A DNA stretch of 64,000 bases from a virus: the IMG/VR virus record IMGVR_UViG_3300034105_001195, positions 19,354-83,353 of that record. One strand, 5' to 3'. The position numbers and the translations under genes are program-made. The notes beneath the pieces were generated by a model. It was not told the origin of the DNA. It was given only the letters and a program-made list of their open reading frames with translations, and searched no databases. Positions within the stretch are counted from its first letter, which is position 1, and every line of letters starts with the position of its first letter. Of this stretch, positions 20,383 through 30,373 are shown piece by piece.

Positions 20383-22245
20383 TTACTCCCAAGAGGTGTA
20401 TGCAGACCAAGCTGACGTGCTTGATCCTGTGGCTCTTGCTCTCCATCTAGCATAGCTATAAGTTGAGCTATTTCTTGTTACCGTTTTATTTCCGCCTCCA
20501 TTAACTGAGCCTGATGATGATGCTGATACTGTGCTTCCATTAGAGCTAAGCTGTAGTTCCCAATCGTAGCCCGTAGGCGTTCCGCCAGTGCCTTGACTAA
20601 TTGATAGCGTCCAAGTGTAATAGGAGCTAATATACCCATCATAGTTATTTGAAACACCTGGAACCCCTGGAGCTGTAACTGGATTTGTAGACGGACCCTT
20701 TTCAATAGATGAGGCCTCGCTACTTGTTCCTGCAGAGTTAGACGCTGTTGCAAAAGCTTTAAAATAATATCCCGCATCTGCTGCAACTACATCATAACTT
20801 ACTGAAGAAGAATAGCTCTGCGCCCGTGTTGTTTCATAGGAAGCAACATTCTGTGTTCCTCTTGTAATCTTAATAAAATACGATGTAGGTGATCCTGCCC
20901 ACCCGCTTGTAGAAGCAGATAGAGTGTTTCCTGTTGATGCTGTACCCGAAAAGGATACGGTTCCTCCTGAAGGAATAACTACTGGCTGTGCTAGTGGTCC
21001 ACCTTCTGTTCCTGGAGTAAATGTTCCACCATTTGATGTTCCTCCTGAATTTGTTGCAGTTGCAAAAACTCTATAGTAATATCTGCCACCTCCGTCGTAG
21101 TCGGATGCTGGAATAGTATAAGTTGCACTTGAGGATGTAGAAGATGCTACAAATGTTTCGTTTGTATTAACATTTGGTGTTCCTCTATATAGTCTCAAGT
21201 CATATGATGTTGGGCTATTACTCCAAGATCCAACTCCGTAAGTTAATGTTTGTCCTACTGTATATCCTCCAGTTGGAGAAAGTGTGGGTGCAGATGTATT
21301 TACAGGAACTGGATTTGCTAATGATACTGTAGCGCTTGTTCTATACCCAGAATACTTTATTGTTGCTGCTACAGGTGTTGATGTTTGAACTCCATAACCC
21401 TGACTATTTGTTGATCTTGGGTATACTGTAAAATTTCTTGCGTTATCATCTGGTGGGGTATATATGTAATTATTATTGGTGCCTGGTGACACATTTGTAA
21501 AATAATTACCATTTACATATATATCATATGAAATAGCACCTGCGGCAACTGGCCAAGTTAAGTAAAGTTGTCTACTTGTATTAACACCTCTAATTGAAAC
21601 GCTTGCATCGCCTGCTGTTCCTGTTCCAGAGAACTGCTTTGCTCCAGAATTTACTGAAGGAGTTCCTGCGGTTCCTCCGCCAACTGCTTCATAATAAGTA
21701 GATATATTGTCAAGTGTAGTAAAGCTTCCAGAATATGATAGACCTGTGTTTCCAATTGAAACTGAGCTTGGCGTATTAGGTGTTGCTGTGTTATCAAATG
21801 CGCTTAAGGATGTAACTTGTGGAAGCATAGTTATTCCAGTTGATATTGTTATTGGCGTTGATCCTCTTTGGTTTATTGCTGTTATTCTACATCCTATTAT
21901 TATTTCTGCATCGGCAGCTACTGTTGTATATGTATTATTTGTTGCACCAGATATATCTGATCCCGCCCTTGTCCACTGGTAAGAATAAGATGTTGGGTTG
22001 TATGCATCATTTGCATTCCATGAACCAACTGATGCGGTATAAACACAACCAATTCTTCCCGCTGTTCCGCTTGTTGCAGATATAGAAGGAGATGCAGTAT
22101 TTACTGGAAACTCTGGATAACTTATTGCCCAGTTTGCACCATTAAAAATCCATGCTTGTTTTGCAGTAAGCCACTGCGCCCCATTATAAAGTTTTAATGA
22201 TTTTTGATTGTACCAATTTGTGCCATCATATGCTTTTATAGTCAT
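20383..22245 (-). CDS. Fibre/adhesin protein with Ig-like repeats
   Basis: 620 aa, Ser/Thr-rich; repeated PVNT.SP.IS...GSW...PTSY.Y modules and ATA.NS.G. Confidence 0.7.
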   Translation of the reverse strand: MTIKAYDGTNWYNQKSLKLYNGAQWLTAKQAWIFNGANWAISYPEFPVNTASPSISATSGTAGRIGCVYTASVGSWNANDAYNPTSYSYQWTRAGSDISGATNNTYTTVAADAEIIIGCRITAINQRGSTPITISTGITMLPQVTSLSAFDNTATPNTPSSVSIGNTGLSYSGSFTTLDNISTYYEAVGGGTAGTPSVNSGAKQFSGTGTAGDASVSIRGVNTSRQLYLTWPVAAGAISYDIYVNGNYFTNVSPGTNNNYIYTPPDDNARNFTVYPRSTNSQGYGVQTSTPVAATIKYSGYRTSATVSLANPVPVNTSAPTLSPTGGYTVGQTLTYGVGSWSNSPTSYDLRLYRGTPNVNTNETFVASSTSSSATYTIPASDYDGGGRYYYRVFATATNSGGTSNGGTFTPGTEGGPLAQPVVIPSGGTVSFSGTASTGNTLSASTSGWAGSPTSYFIKITRGTQNVASYETTRAQSYSSSVSYDVVAADAGYYFKAFATASNSAGTSSEASSIEKGPSTNPVTAPGVPGVSNNYDGYISSYYTWTLSISQGTGGTPTGYDWELQLSSNGSTVSASSSGSVNGGGNKTVTRNSSTYSYARWRARATGSSTSAWSAYTSWE

Positions 22246-22253
22246 ATGTTATC

Positions 22254-23330
22254 CTAGTAGAAAATATATAAATCGCCAGCTGCAGTGCCAGTTGGTGGCG
22301 TTCCAGTTGTGTTATAGAATATTTTATTTGAGTTTGCTGTATTAGTTCCATTTGAATATGCAGTAGTTGCAAGATTTATATTTGCACCTAATGATACTGG
22401 TGAGTTGTTAATTGAGATTGATGAATTGGCAAGCATTGTATTTGTAATCGATCCCGCCGAAGGAGTAAATGCTGGACCTTGTGGTCCAGTTGGACCAGCT
22501 GGTCCCTGTATTCCTTGAACACCCTGCGCTCCTTGTGAACCAGTAGCGCCAGTTAAACCTTGTATGCCCTGTGTGCCTTGTTCTCCAGTGTCGCCTTTAG
22601 GTCCTTGTATTCCTTGTGGACCTAAATTAGAAACTGTAATAGAACCAGCCATTGATGAGTGGTATTCGCAAGCATAATAAAGTTGAGGAGCATTAAATGG
22701 AACTTCAAATATAATTGTTCCATTATCCCGTGTTCCTGAAGATAGTGTTACTCCAGTAGAATAAACACTTCCTGCGCTATATGCACCTGAAACTGTTTGA
22801 ATCCAAAATGGATGTCCGACAGCATTAACATTAATTATATATCTATGTCCCCGAATAAAAGATAAAGTTGGATTAGCAGAACCATTAATCGTATAAGATC
22901 CTGATCCTGAGTTTGTAACTGCTAATGTTATTCCGCCTGAAGGTCCTGTTGCGCCAGTTAGTCCTTGAATTCCTTGAATACCCTGAATACCTTGTGGGCC
23001 TTGCGGTCCTACAATTTGACCAGCAGATGTCCAATCTGAACCGCCCCATATATAAAGGTCTCCATCTGCGTCAACAATTCTTGCATCATTTGCACTATTG
23101 CCAGTTGCTGGTAGTAGGGCAACGGTTGCTACTGATGCTTTAACATTAATAGATGTTCCTTGAGGTCCTATGGGGCCTGCAGGGCCTTGTGGGCCTACTT
23201 CTCCTTGTGGTCCTTGAGCGCCAGTTGCAATTCTTTGTAGGTTCCAGGCGATTCCATCCCAAATCCATGTGCTTCCGCCAGCGGTAAATGATTGATTTAC
23301 TGTTGGGCTATTTGGAAAGTCTATTGCCAT
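22254..23330 (-). CDS. Collagen-like fibre protein with a cupredoxin-like domain
   Basis: Gly-X-Y runs flanking GHPFWI...[13 protein letters not shown]. Confidence 0.75.
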   Translation of the reverse strand: MAIDFPNSPTVNQSFTAGGSTWIWDGIAWNLQRIATGAQGPQGEVGPQGPAGPIGPQGTSINVKASVATVALLPATGNSANDARIVDADGDLYIWGGSDWTSAGQIVGPQGPQGIQGIQGIQGLTGATGPSGGITLAVTNSGSGSYTINGSANPTLSFIRGHRYIINVNAVGHPFWIQTVSGAYSAGSVYSTGVTLSSGTRDNGTIIFEVPFNAPQLYYACEYHSSMAGSITVSNLGPQGIQGPKGDTGEQGTQGIQGLTGATGSQGAQGVQGIQGPAGPTGPQGPAFTPSAGSITNTMLANSSISINNSPVSLGANINLATTAYSNGTNTANSNKIFYNTTGTPPTGTAAGDLYIFY

Positions 23331-23332
23331 TG

Positions 23333-23587
23333 TTATGCCCCTATCCCTGCTATTGCTCTTGCTTCATCTTCAGTTAATCCTAATGCCTCAAGCTTTGCAA
23401 TAGCCGATACAACTAATTGATTTTTTTCATTTTTAATTTGATCTACCGTTTCAAATGCTGCTAAAAATTCTTGTTTAGTAAACCCAGGTGTTTCATCTTT
23501 CCATATAATATCTTCATATGTTGTTCCAGAGCTATAAAATTCTTTATCTGAAGATAAGTAATGTAATACTTCATAATAAGTTGCCAT
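23333..23587 (-). CDS. Small fibre-associated/chaperone-like protein
   Basis: 84 aa from MATYYEV, coupled to the upstream fibre gene; C-terminal SAIAKLEALGLTEDEARAI. Confidence 0.55.
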   Translation of the reverse strand: MATYYEVLHYLSSDKEFYSSGTTYEDIIWKDETPGFTKQEFLAAFETVDQIKNEKNQLVVSAIAKLEALGLTEDEARAIAGIGA

Positions 23588-24300
23588 TATGGTGTTACCT
23601 CCATCAATAACATTGTGCTTTCTCCATTTATCCACTGCATGTATATAAATCCATTTTGATCAACACCATTTGAATTACTAATTGATCTTTGGGCTTGAGT
23701 TTTATAAGTGACTGGCGATGTTGTTGCAGGAGTATCAATAAATACTCCGCCTACATCTGCAGAGGATGTACCTGTATCTCCTGTCCAAAGAGTGTTACCT
23801 CCAAAACTTCCTATTGAAGTTGAACCTCTAAGTACTGGGAACAATAATCCAAAGTCTCCAGTCCCACTAAGTTTTCTTAACCCATTTTGATTTACAAAAA
23901 TTACAATTTTATTTGATGCGGAAGTTGGAGTAATTGTAGCACTTAGCCCAGTATCAACAGCACTTGCGCCTATACTTGCTGTAACTATAATATTTGTTGA
24001 ACCTCTAACTATTTGAACTACTTTCCCAAGTCCTTGCGCTCCTGTTGCACCCGTTAGTCCTTGTATGCCCTGAATTCCTTGAGGGCCCGTAGGTCCTGCT
24101 ATACCCTGAATTCCTTGTGCGCCCGTTGGTCCTGCGGGACCTGTTAATCCTTGAATGCCTTGGGGTCCTTGTGGACCTGTAGGTCCTGTTACGCCCGTTC
24201 TAACAACGTTCCACCGAGAACCATTCCATGTCCATGAGTTTGTTCCTACAGTAAATACTTGATTTAATGTGGGGGAATTTGGAAAATCTATTGCTGCCAT
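23587..24300 (-). CDS. Collagen-like fibre protein
   Basis: 237 aa; Gly-X-Y repeats and a C-terminal GKVVQIV...[14 protein letters not shown]...MLLMEV tip domain. Confidence 0.75.
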   Translation of the reverse strand: MAAIDFPNSPTLNQVFTVGTNSWTWNGSRWNVVRTGVTGPTGPQGPQGIQGLTGPAGPTGAQGIQGIAGPTGPQGIQGIQGLTGATGAQGLGKVVQIVRGSTNIIVTASIGASAVDTGLSATITPTSASNKIVIFVNQNGLRKLSGTGDFGLLFPVLRGSTSIGSFGGNTLWTGDTGTSSADVGGVFIDTPATTSPVTYKTQAQRSISNSNGVDQNGFIYMQWINGESTMLLMEVTP

Positions 24301-24302
24301 TG

Positions 24303-24434
24303 TTATTCCCCTATCTCTGTAACTACTCTAGCGTTGCATCTTGCTTCCGCTTCATTAATAGAATCAATTTCTTCTTGAGTTAAATCTCTTTCAACTAGTT
24401 GCTGTAACACAACATCGTATTCTGTTATTTTCAT
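24303..24434 (-). CDS. Small protein (43 aa), absent from the ORF track
   Basis: [25 protein letters not shown]... fills the gap between two fibre genes exactly. Confidence 0.55.
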   Translation of the reverse strand: MKITEYDVVLQQLVERDLTQEEIDSINEAEARCNARVVTEIGE

Positions 24435-24435
24435 T

Positions 24436-26250
24436 TTATGATAGCCCCCATAGAGTCCAAGTTCCACCTGTCCAAGTTTCATTTACTACTTGAAAGTTTA
24501 CTGAATTAATAGCTGAGGCTCCTGTATATGTACCAGCGCCTCTTACTGTAATCATTGTTTGAGTTGTTCCATACAAACTGCTTTGTCCTAATCCGCTAGA
24601 AATCAATTCCCAATGCTTTGTTCCAGTACTATTTGCATTTCTAATATGGAATTTTCCAGAGTTGTATCTGAAAGTTGTTATAGGCTCTGGCGGATTTAGA
24701 TATACTGAAGCACCAGCACTTCCTCCAAATACCCAATCTCCTCCGCCTGTATAATTATTATTGTCTCCGTTAACCTTAACAATCAACGAGTTTCCGAGAA
24801 CTCCGTTGTTTGAAGTACATGTAAGTCCAGTCCACTCAAGAATTAACTCTTTATATGCTCCCGCTAATCCTGTAAATGATGAAAAGAATCCTGAGCTTGA
24901 TGTATAAGGAGTTCCAATTAAGCTCCAAGTTCCACCGCTTGCGCCTGCTGGACCTGCTGGACCTGCTGGTCCTTGTGGGCCTGCTTGAGAATTTCCAAAT
25001 TCAATCCATGATGAGTCATAATAAATATATGTAAGTCCATCATCTGAGTTATACCAAGCTTGTCCTTCTACTGGATTTGCAGGAGGTGTTGTTGCTACTA
25101 CTGAGAATGTTGCTTTTGATCCCGCCTCACCTTGTGGGCCTTGCGGGCCTTGTGGGCCCTGTGGACCAACGATCTGACCTGCAGAAGACCAAGATGAGCC
25201 ATTCCAAATATAAAGGTCTCCATCTGCATCAACAATTCTTGCATCGTTTACAGTATTTCCTGTTGAAGGCAATGCTGCTACAGTTAAAGAAGATGCTTTA
25301 AGATTTATAGATACGCCTTGTGGTCCTTGAATTCCTTGTGGGCCTTGTGCACCTGTTGCGCCTGCGGGACCAGATAAAGATGATCCTGTTTCTACCCAAT
25401 ATGAATCATAGTATGTATAACTTCTGCCGTTATCTGAATTAAACCACGCCTGTCCATTTACTGGACTTGCTGGTGGTGTTGAAGATGTAATAGAAAATGT
25501 TGCTTTAGATCCTTCTGGTCCCGTCGGTCCAGTTAAACCTTGCGGTCCCTGTGGACCTTGCGGTCCAGTTGCGCCTGTGATTCCTTGTGGACCCGTTGAT
25601 CCTTGTGGACCCTGTGGGCCCTGTGCGCCTGTTTCACCAGTTAGTCCTTGTATGCCCTGTGGACCTTGCGGTCCTGTTGCACCTGTTGGTCCTGTTGCAC
25701 CTGTTGGTCCTTGAATTGTTCCAACATTAATCCAGTTGCTACTTACCAAATCCCAAACATATAGGTTACCTGAGATTAAATATCCATCTCCAGCACTCCC
25801 AGTTGGTTGTGCTGCTTGTAATGCTGCAAGTGATGCATAAGAACCAAGTATCTGTACTCCAGTTCCAGTGTCACCTTTGTCGCCTTTAATTCCTTGAATA
25901 CCTTGTGGGCCTTGTGCACCTGTTGCGCCAGTTGCGCCAGTTAAACCTGTTAATCCTTGTGGACCTTGAGGTCCTGTTGCGCCAGTAGATCCTGTTGGTC
26001 CTGCAACAGTACTTGCTGCACCTGTTTCACCTTGTGGTCCTTGCGGACCTTGTGGTCCTGTTGCACCTGTAGGACCTTGTGGTCCTGTTGCACCTGTAGG
26101 GCCTTGTGCACCTGTTGCGCCAGTTGGGCCTGGATTGTTTGTTAAATAATTATCTATATCTGTAGCTAAATAGCCAAGATCTCTTGGGACATCGGGCGAC
26201 ATGTCTAATGTCGGATATCTAAATGTTTTAGGCGTTGTATTTCCTGGCAT
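24436..26250 (-). CDS. Long collagen-like fibre protein
   Basis: 604 aa; several (GPQ/GAT)n tracts separated by small PxSPVxGQAW and GDLYIW modules. Confidence 0.8.
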   Translation of the reverse strand: MPGNTTPKTFRYPTLDMSPDVPRDLGYLATDIDNYLTNNPGPTGATGAQGPTGATGPQGPTGATGPQGPQGPQGETGAASTVAGPTGSTGATGPQGPQGLTGLTGATGATGAQGPQGIQGIKGDKGDTGTGVQILGSYASLAALQAAQPTGSAGDGYLISGNLYVWDLVSSNWINVGTIQGPTGATGPTGATGPQGPQGIQGLTGETGAQGPQGPQGSTGPQGITGATGPQGPQGPQGLTGPTGPEGSKATFSITSSTPPASPVNGQAWFNSDNGRSYTYYDSYWVETGSSLSGPAGATGAQGPQGIQGPQGVSINLKASSLTVAALPSTGNTVNDARIVDADGDLYIWNGSSWSSAGQIVGPQGPQGPQGPQGEAGSKATFSVVATTPPANPVEGQAWYNSDDGLTYIYYDSSWIEFGNSQAGPQGPAGPAGPAGASGGTWSLIGTPYTSSSGFFSSFTGLAGAYKELILEWTGLTCTSNNGVLGNSLIVKVNGDNNNYTGGGDWVFGGSAGASVYLNPPEPITTFRYNSGKFHIRNANSTGTKHWELISSGLGQSSLYGTTQTMITVRGAGTYTGASAINSVNFQVVNETWTGGTWTLWGLS

Positions 26251-26309
26251 TTTTAAATTATACCATTCTCAGGGTTATAAGCCTTTTAAAAGCTTACTAT
26301 TTGAGCCTT

Positions 26310-26567
26310 TCATTGTCTATCTGGTTTTACATCCCAAGTAGCGTAATGTTCTTTCCAGTTATCCGTCCCATAAAAGTCCATCTGAGATGAAATGAAATCA
26401 TCGCCTTCTGGTAGTCTTTTTTGTGTGCGTGTTCCAGAAATCCCATACCATCTAACGAGGGGGGAACTACAAGTATCACAGGTATAACCTGGATCTTCTT
26501 CTTTAATACTTCTAAAATGAGTATACTGAACTTTACACTCTTGGCATTCATATTGATATGATGGCAT
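26310..26567 (-). CDS. FmdB-like zinc-ribbon protein
   Basis: MPSYQYECQEC...CDTCSSPLVR. Confidence 0.75.
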   Translation of the reverse strand: MPSYQYECQECKVQYTHFRSIKEEDPGYTCDTCSSPLVRWYGISGTRTQKRLPEGDDFISSQMDFYGTDNWKEHYATWDVKPDRQ

Positions 26568-26618
26568 GTTAACTCTTTTCTATGATGCCTTAATTATAGC
26601 AAATTGTGCTAGTAATTA

Positions 26619-28178
26619 CTAGAAGGTAATTGTTCCTGATCCCGCCGTAAACCGATAAACTCTATATCCTGAACGAGTTGGTTGATTATAAGTTAACGTT
26701 CCAGGAATTGTTGTAATGGCTGGGTATGTGTCTGGGTAAGCAATAACTACTACACCAGATCCGCCTGAGCCTCCATTGCCACCGCCACCTGCACCGCTAT
26801 TTCCTCCTGCGCCTCCGCCGCCGCCAGTGTTTGCTGTTCCTGGTGTACCATTGGAAATTCCATTAGCTCCTGCGCCTCCGCCGCCAGAACCACCAGCGCC
26901 ACTTGCTCCACCATAATTATTTTGTCCTGGTCCTCCTCCTCCAGCATAAGTTAAAGATGAGCCCGTAATTGAATAGGATAAACCTGCGCCGCCTGCGCCG
27001 CCATTAGATCCACCTACTGCGCCAGCCCCTCCGCCTCCGCCGCCTGCATATGGATTACCTTGGCCAGATCCTCCGCTATTACCTTGTCCTGAAGTTCCTG
27101 CTCCGCCGACACCTGGTAAAGGGCTACCGCCGCCTGCGCCGCCTCCGCCTGAACCACCAGATCCTCCTGCGGTTCCATCTTGACATTTTCCTGCTCCGCC
27201 ACCAACGCTTATTAAGTTATCAAAAACTGAATTACTTCCATTTGAACCATTTCTTAAAGGATTACTTGATCCACCATTACTTGCTCCAAGGCCACCGTTG
27301 CCACCATTACCAACTGTTACTAAGAATGACAAAGAACCAGCAACGCTTTTAGTTCCGTATAATAATCCTCCTGCACCGCCACCTCCTGAAGAACCGTCCC
27401 CTACTACTGCTCCTGCTGCACCGCCACCTCCAGCTACAACCAAGTATTCAACTGTTGGGGTGATTGCTCTTGATATTATATTAAATGATCTTGGTATTAT
27501 GTTAAGTCCATCTGATGCATTAACAGTAAACGAATACGTTGTATCAGTTGTTATTTCTGGCAGTGTTCCTGAAATTACTCCTGTTGAAGAATTTAAAGAA
27601 ACGCCAGAAGGAAGTGTTGATCCACTTGCTAATGCATATGTTATAGTATTAGAATCTGAGTCCGTTGCCGATAAAGCAGACAAGGTAATACTTACTTGCT
27701 CATTAAACGTACCTAAAGATCCGCTTGCTGTAACCCAGACTGGATTAGCATTTACATACAAAGCATCTGGAATTAATCCAAATAGATTTGAAGGGTTTGT
27801 AACCTTTATATCATAAGGCTCATACGCATTAGACAGGCCTGTAAATGTAGCAGTTAGTTGAACTAATGAATTAAATGTAGTTGAAGAAGCATTTATTTGT
27901 ACTCCATTTGTGCCGATTGCGGTTGCATATGCACCGTTGACAAAGTTTGTTCCATAAATAGTAATTACACCTGAGTCTGTTGCTTCTGAATAATTTCCTG
28001 AAATAGAAGAAACTCCAGGAACTTCCTGAACAATATTTTCCCAATTCCCAGCAGCTGTATATAACTCTAGTCTCTGAGCTTCACCATTTGAGTACAATTG
28101 GCCAGTTCCTGGATTAGCAGGACGACCTGCATTATTTCCAAACGGAATTCCTGAACCTGATGATTTCTTAATAGCCAT
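26619..28178 (-). CDS. Fibre protein with Ig-like and glycine-rich domains
   Basis: LPSGVSLNSSTGVISGT (putative Ig), VEYLVVAGGGG...GSGVVVIAYP glycine-rich domain. Confidence 0.75.
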   Translation of the reverse strand: MAIKKSSGSGIPFGNNAGRPANPGTGQLYSNGEAQRLELYTAAGNWENIVQEVPGVSSISGNYSEATDSGVITIYGTNFVNGAYATAIGTNGVQINASSTTFNSLVQLTATFTGLSNAYEPYDIKVTNPSNLFGLIPDALYVNANPVWVTASGSLGTFNEQVSITLSALSATDSDSNTITYALASGSTLPSGVSLNSSTGVISGTLPEITTDTTYSFTVNASDGLNIIPRSFNIISRAITPTVEYLVVAGGGGAAGAVVGDGSSGGGGAGGLLYGTKSVAGSLSFLVTVGNGGNGGLGASNGGSSNPLRNGSNGSNSVFDNLISVGGGAGKCQDGTAGGSGGSGGGGAGGGSPLPGVGGAGTSGQGNSGGSGQGNPYAGGGGGGAGAVGGSNGGAGGAGLSYSITGSSLTYAGGGGPGQNNYGGASGAGGSGGGGAGANGISNGTPGTANTGGGGGAGGNSGAGGGGNGGSGGSGVVVIAYPDTYPAITTIPGTLTYNQPTRSGYRVYRFTAGSGTITF

Positions 28179-28582
28179 TATATGAAACTCCATCCTAGCG
28201 TTGTACCTGTATAAATTAATGTAGTTACTGATTGATCTACGTCAATTATAGCATCTTCTGTTAAACCATTGATCTTATTTCCATTACGGGATAAGGTAAT
28301 ATTATTTGTTCCCGCCGATCCTGTTGCATCAAATATAATAATTTCTTGCCCAAGTGTTGGGCTTGCAGGAAGTGTTAATGTTCTTGCTGCTGCTGTATCA
28401 ACAAAATATCTGCGTCCCGCAACTAATGTTGTGTTTGCAGAAATTGCAAGATTTACCTCTTGCTTATATGAACCAAGGGCGGAATTAAGAGCTGCAGTAT
28501 CTACATAGTCTCCAGGTAAAGCAGCTTGTACTCCAACATATTGCCATGTTGTTCCATCCCATACTTTAATTACTTTAGCCAT
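28178..28582 (-). CDS. Small fibre/adaptor protein
   Basis: 134 aa; YFVDT..TLTLPASP...RNGNKING domain shared with the C-terminus of 32928..34811. Confidence 0.65.
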   Translation of the reverse strand: MAKVIKVWDGTTWQYVGVQAALPGDYVDTAALNSALGSYKQEVNLAISANTTLVAGRRYFVDTAAARTLTLPASPTLGQEIIIFDATGSAGTNNITLSRNGNKINGLTEDAIIDVDQSVTTLIYTGTTLGWSFI

Positions 28583-28584
28583 TA

Positions 28585-30135
28585 TTATGCAGTCTTTGTA
28601 ACTGTGAAGTTATAGACTCTACCTCCCATTGCAGTTGCGGATGAACCATCATATACATTCCATACAAGTCTTACCGTTTGTGGTGATGCTAGTGTAAATG
28701 TTCCAGTTTTTGTAATTTGGGTATTTCTAGCATCTGGTGGTCTAACAGTATTTACTATTAATGATTTAGCTGTTGGAGTTACCGCCCAGAGTGGCATACC
28801 GTCATGTGAATCTCCACCACCATCCCAGTATAAGTAATGTGATCCAGAATAGCTATATGTTCCAGCTGCCAATGGATTTCCATTATTCAAAGTATAGCCA
28901 AATCCTGCAGTTCCTCCAGCACCTGCACTCTGATTTCCTCCATAGTAGTCACCCTGATTTGAGCAAGTCCACTGGAATGATCCTGTTGTTGTTACACTGC
29001 TGTCTCCAGAATTTGTCCATTGAGCAGACTCGTTTGTATACCCTGCACCACCAGTAACTGTTTGACCAGTGTATGTCGGTGTAACTGAATTAGATGCAGA
29101 AGATGGCTGGGAAGTTCCAACTGAGTTTGTTGCAGTAACCGTAAATGTGTAAGACGTTCCAGCTGAAAGACCAGAAACAGTTATGCTTCCAGAGCCAGAT
29201 TGACTAAGTGTTCCAGTTAAACCTCCTGGAGATGATGTCGCAGTATAAGATGTAATTGTTTGTCCACCATTACTTGAAGGAGCAGTAAATGGGACTGTTG
29301 TGGTATTTCCAGATATAGTTACTGTTCCAATTGTTGGTGCTGTAGGTACTGAGAATATATTAACCACAGTATTAAAAGATCTAGTTGAGGTATTTACTCC
29401 ATCTGAAGCGGTGATATCAAAAGAGTATGTCGTTGACGATGCTACATCTGGAGATGTTCCAGTAAGAGCTCCAGTTGAAGAATTAAGACTCATCCAAGAT
29501 GGCAAGTTAGTAGAAGAATATACGATAGATGTTCCGTCTGGATCTGTAGCAGAAATTGATGTATTCAATGAAGACTGTTCATATATTGTAGCAATTGTTC
29601 CAGCTGCTGTATTCCATGTTGGCGTTCCACCAGAATCTAAAGAATTTTCTAATATAGCAAACTGATTATCGCTATTAATTAGCTTAACGTCATAAGGTTC
29701 ATAGGCCACTGGCAAATTTGGTGTTGTTGCAGTTGCAGTTGTGGCACCTACAAATGTTGCTAGCGGAGAATTATATGCTACAGAATTTGTTCCTATAAAC
29801 TGAACTGCAAGTCCTGATTTATAATTGGATCCAGTAATTGTAATAACAGTCCCTGTTGTAGCTGCAGTTAGTGGAGATATGCTAGCAATTTGTGGTGCAG
29901 GATCTTGTGATACCTTTTCCCATCCTGTAAATCTATAAGCAATTAGTGCATTTAATGTTGTGTCAAAGTATAAGTCGCCTATTGATGGTGATGCAGGTCT
30001 ATTTTCTGTTGTCCCACGACCAACGTGACCATTTGATGCGGTTGCATGTCCAGAAATTGCAGCGGTAACCTCAGCATCAGTAGCAATAGCTGTGTTTGCT
30101 GATAGTATATTTGCTATATCTCTAGATTTAGACAT
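28585..30135 (-). CDS. Fibre protein with IPT/Ig and fibronectin type III domains
   Basis: IASISP, SLNSSTGALTGT, VPTAPTIGTV...GLSAGTSYTFTVTATNSVGTS. Confidence 0.75.
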   Translation of the reverse strand: MSKSRDIANILSANTAIATDAEVTAAISGHATASNGHVGRGTTENRPASPSIGDLYFDTTLNALIAYRFTGWEKVSQDPAPQIASISPLTAATTGTVITITGSNYKSGLAVQFIGTNSVAYNSPLATFVGATTATATTPNLPVAYEPYDVKLINSDNQFAILENSLDSGGTPTWNTAAGTIATIYEQSSLNTSISATDPDGTSIVYSSTNLPSWMSLNSSTGALTGTSPDVASSTTYSFDITASDGVNTSTRSFNTVVNIFSVPTAPTIGTVTISGNTTTVPFTAPSSNGGQTITSYTATSSPGGLTGTLSQSGSGSITVSGLSAGTSYTFTVTATNSVGTSQPSSASNSVTPTYTGQTVTGGAGYTNESAQWTNSGDSSVTTTGSFQWTCSNQGDYYGGNQSAGAGGTAGFGYTLNNGNPLAAGTYSYSGSHYLYWDGGGDSHDGMPLWAVTPTAKSLIVNTVRPPDARNTQITKTGTFTLASPQTVRLVWNVYDGSSATAMGGRVYNFTVTKTA

Positions 30136-30373
30136 TATCTATTGGCTTCTCCAAATTAAAATACTCATATGCTTGATCTTCTGAATCAAACCAGCGCCAT
30201 CCATCAACTGGATATTCATAGGTATCCTTTTCGTCTCTGTATAGGGCATAGTCTTGGTTTAATACATAGAGTCTACCACAGACTACCATGTTTTCATTTT
30301 CTACTCTGTAGAACCCGTCGGTTTTTTCGTGGTATCCCTCTTCAGGAATAACTTCATTATGTCTATATATCAT
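30128..30373 (-). CDS. Small hypothetical protein
   Basis: 81 aa coupled to the LRR gene; YEYPVDGWRWFDSE. Confidence 0.55.
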   Translation of the reverse strand: MIYRHNEVIPEEGYHEKTDGFYRVENENMVVCGRLYVLNQDYALYRDEKDTYEYPVDGWRWFDSEDQAYEYFNLEKPIDNV

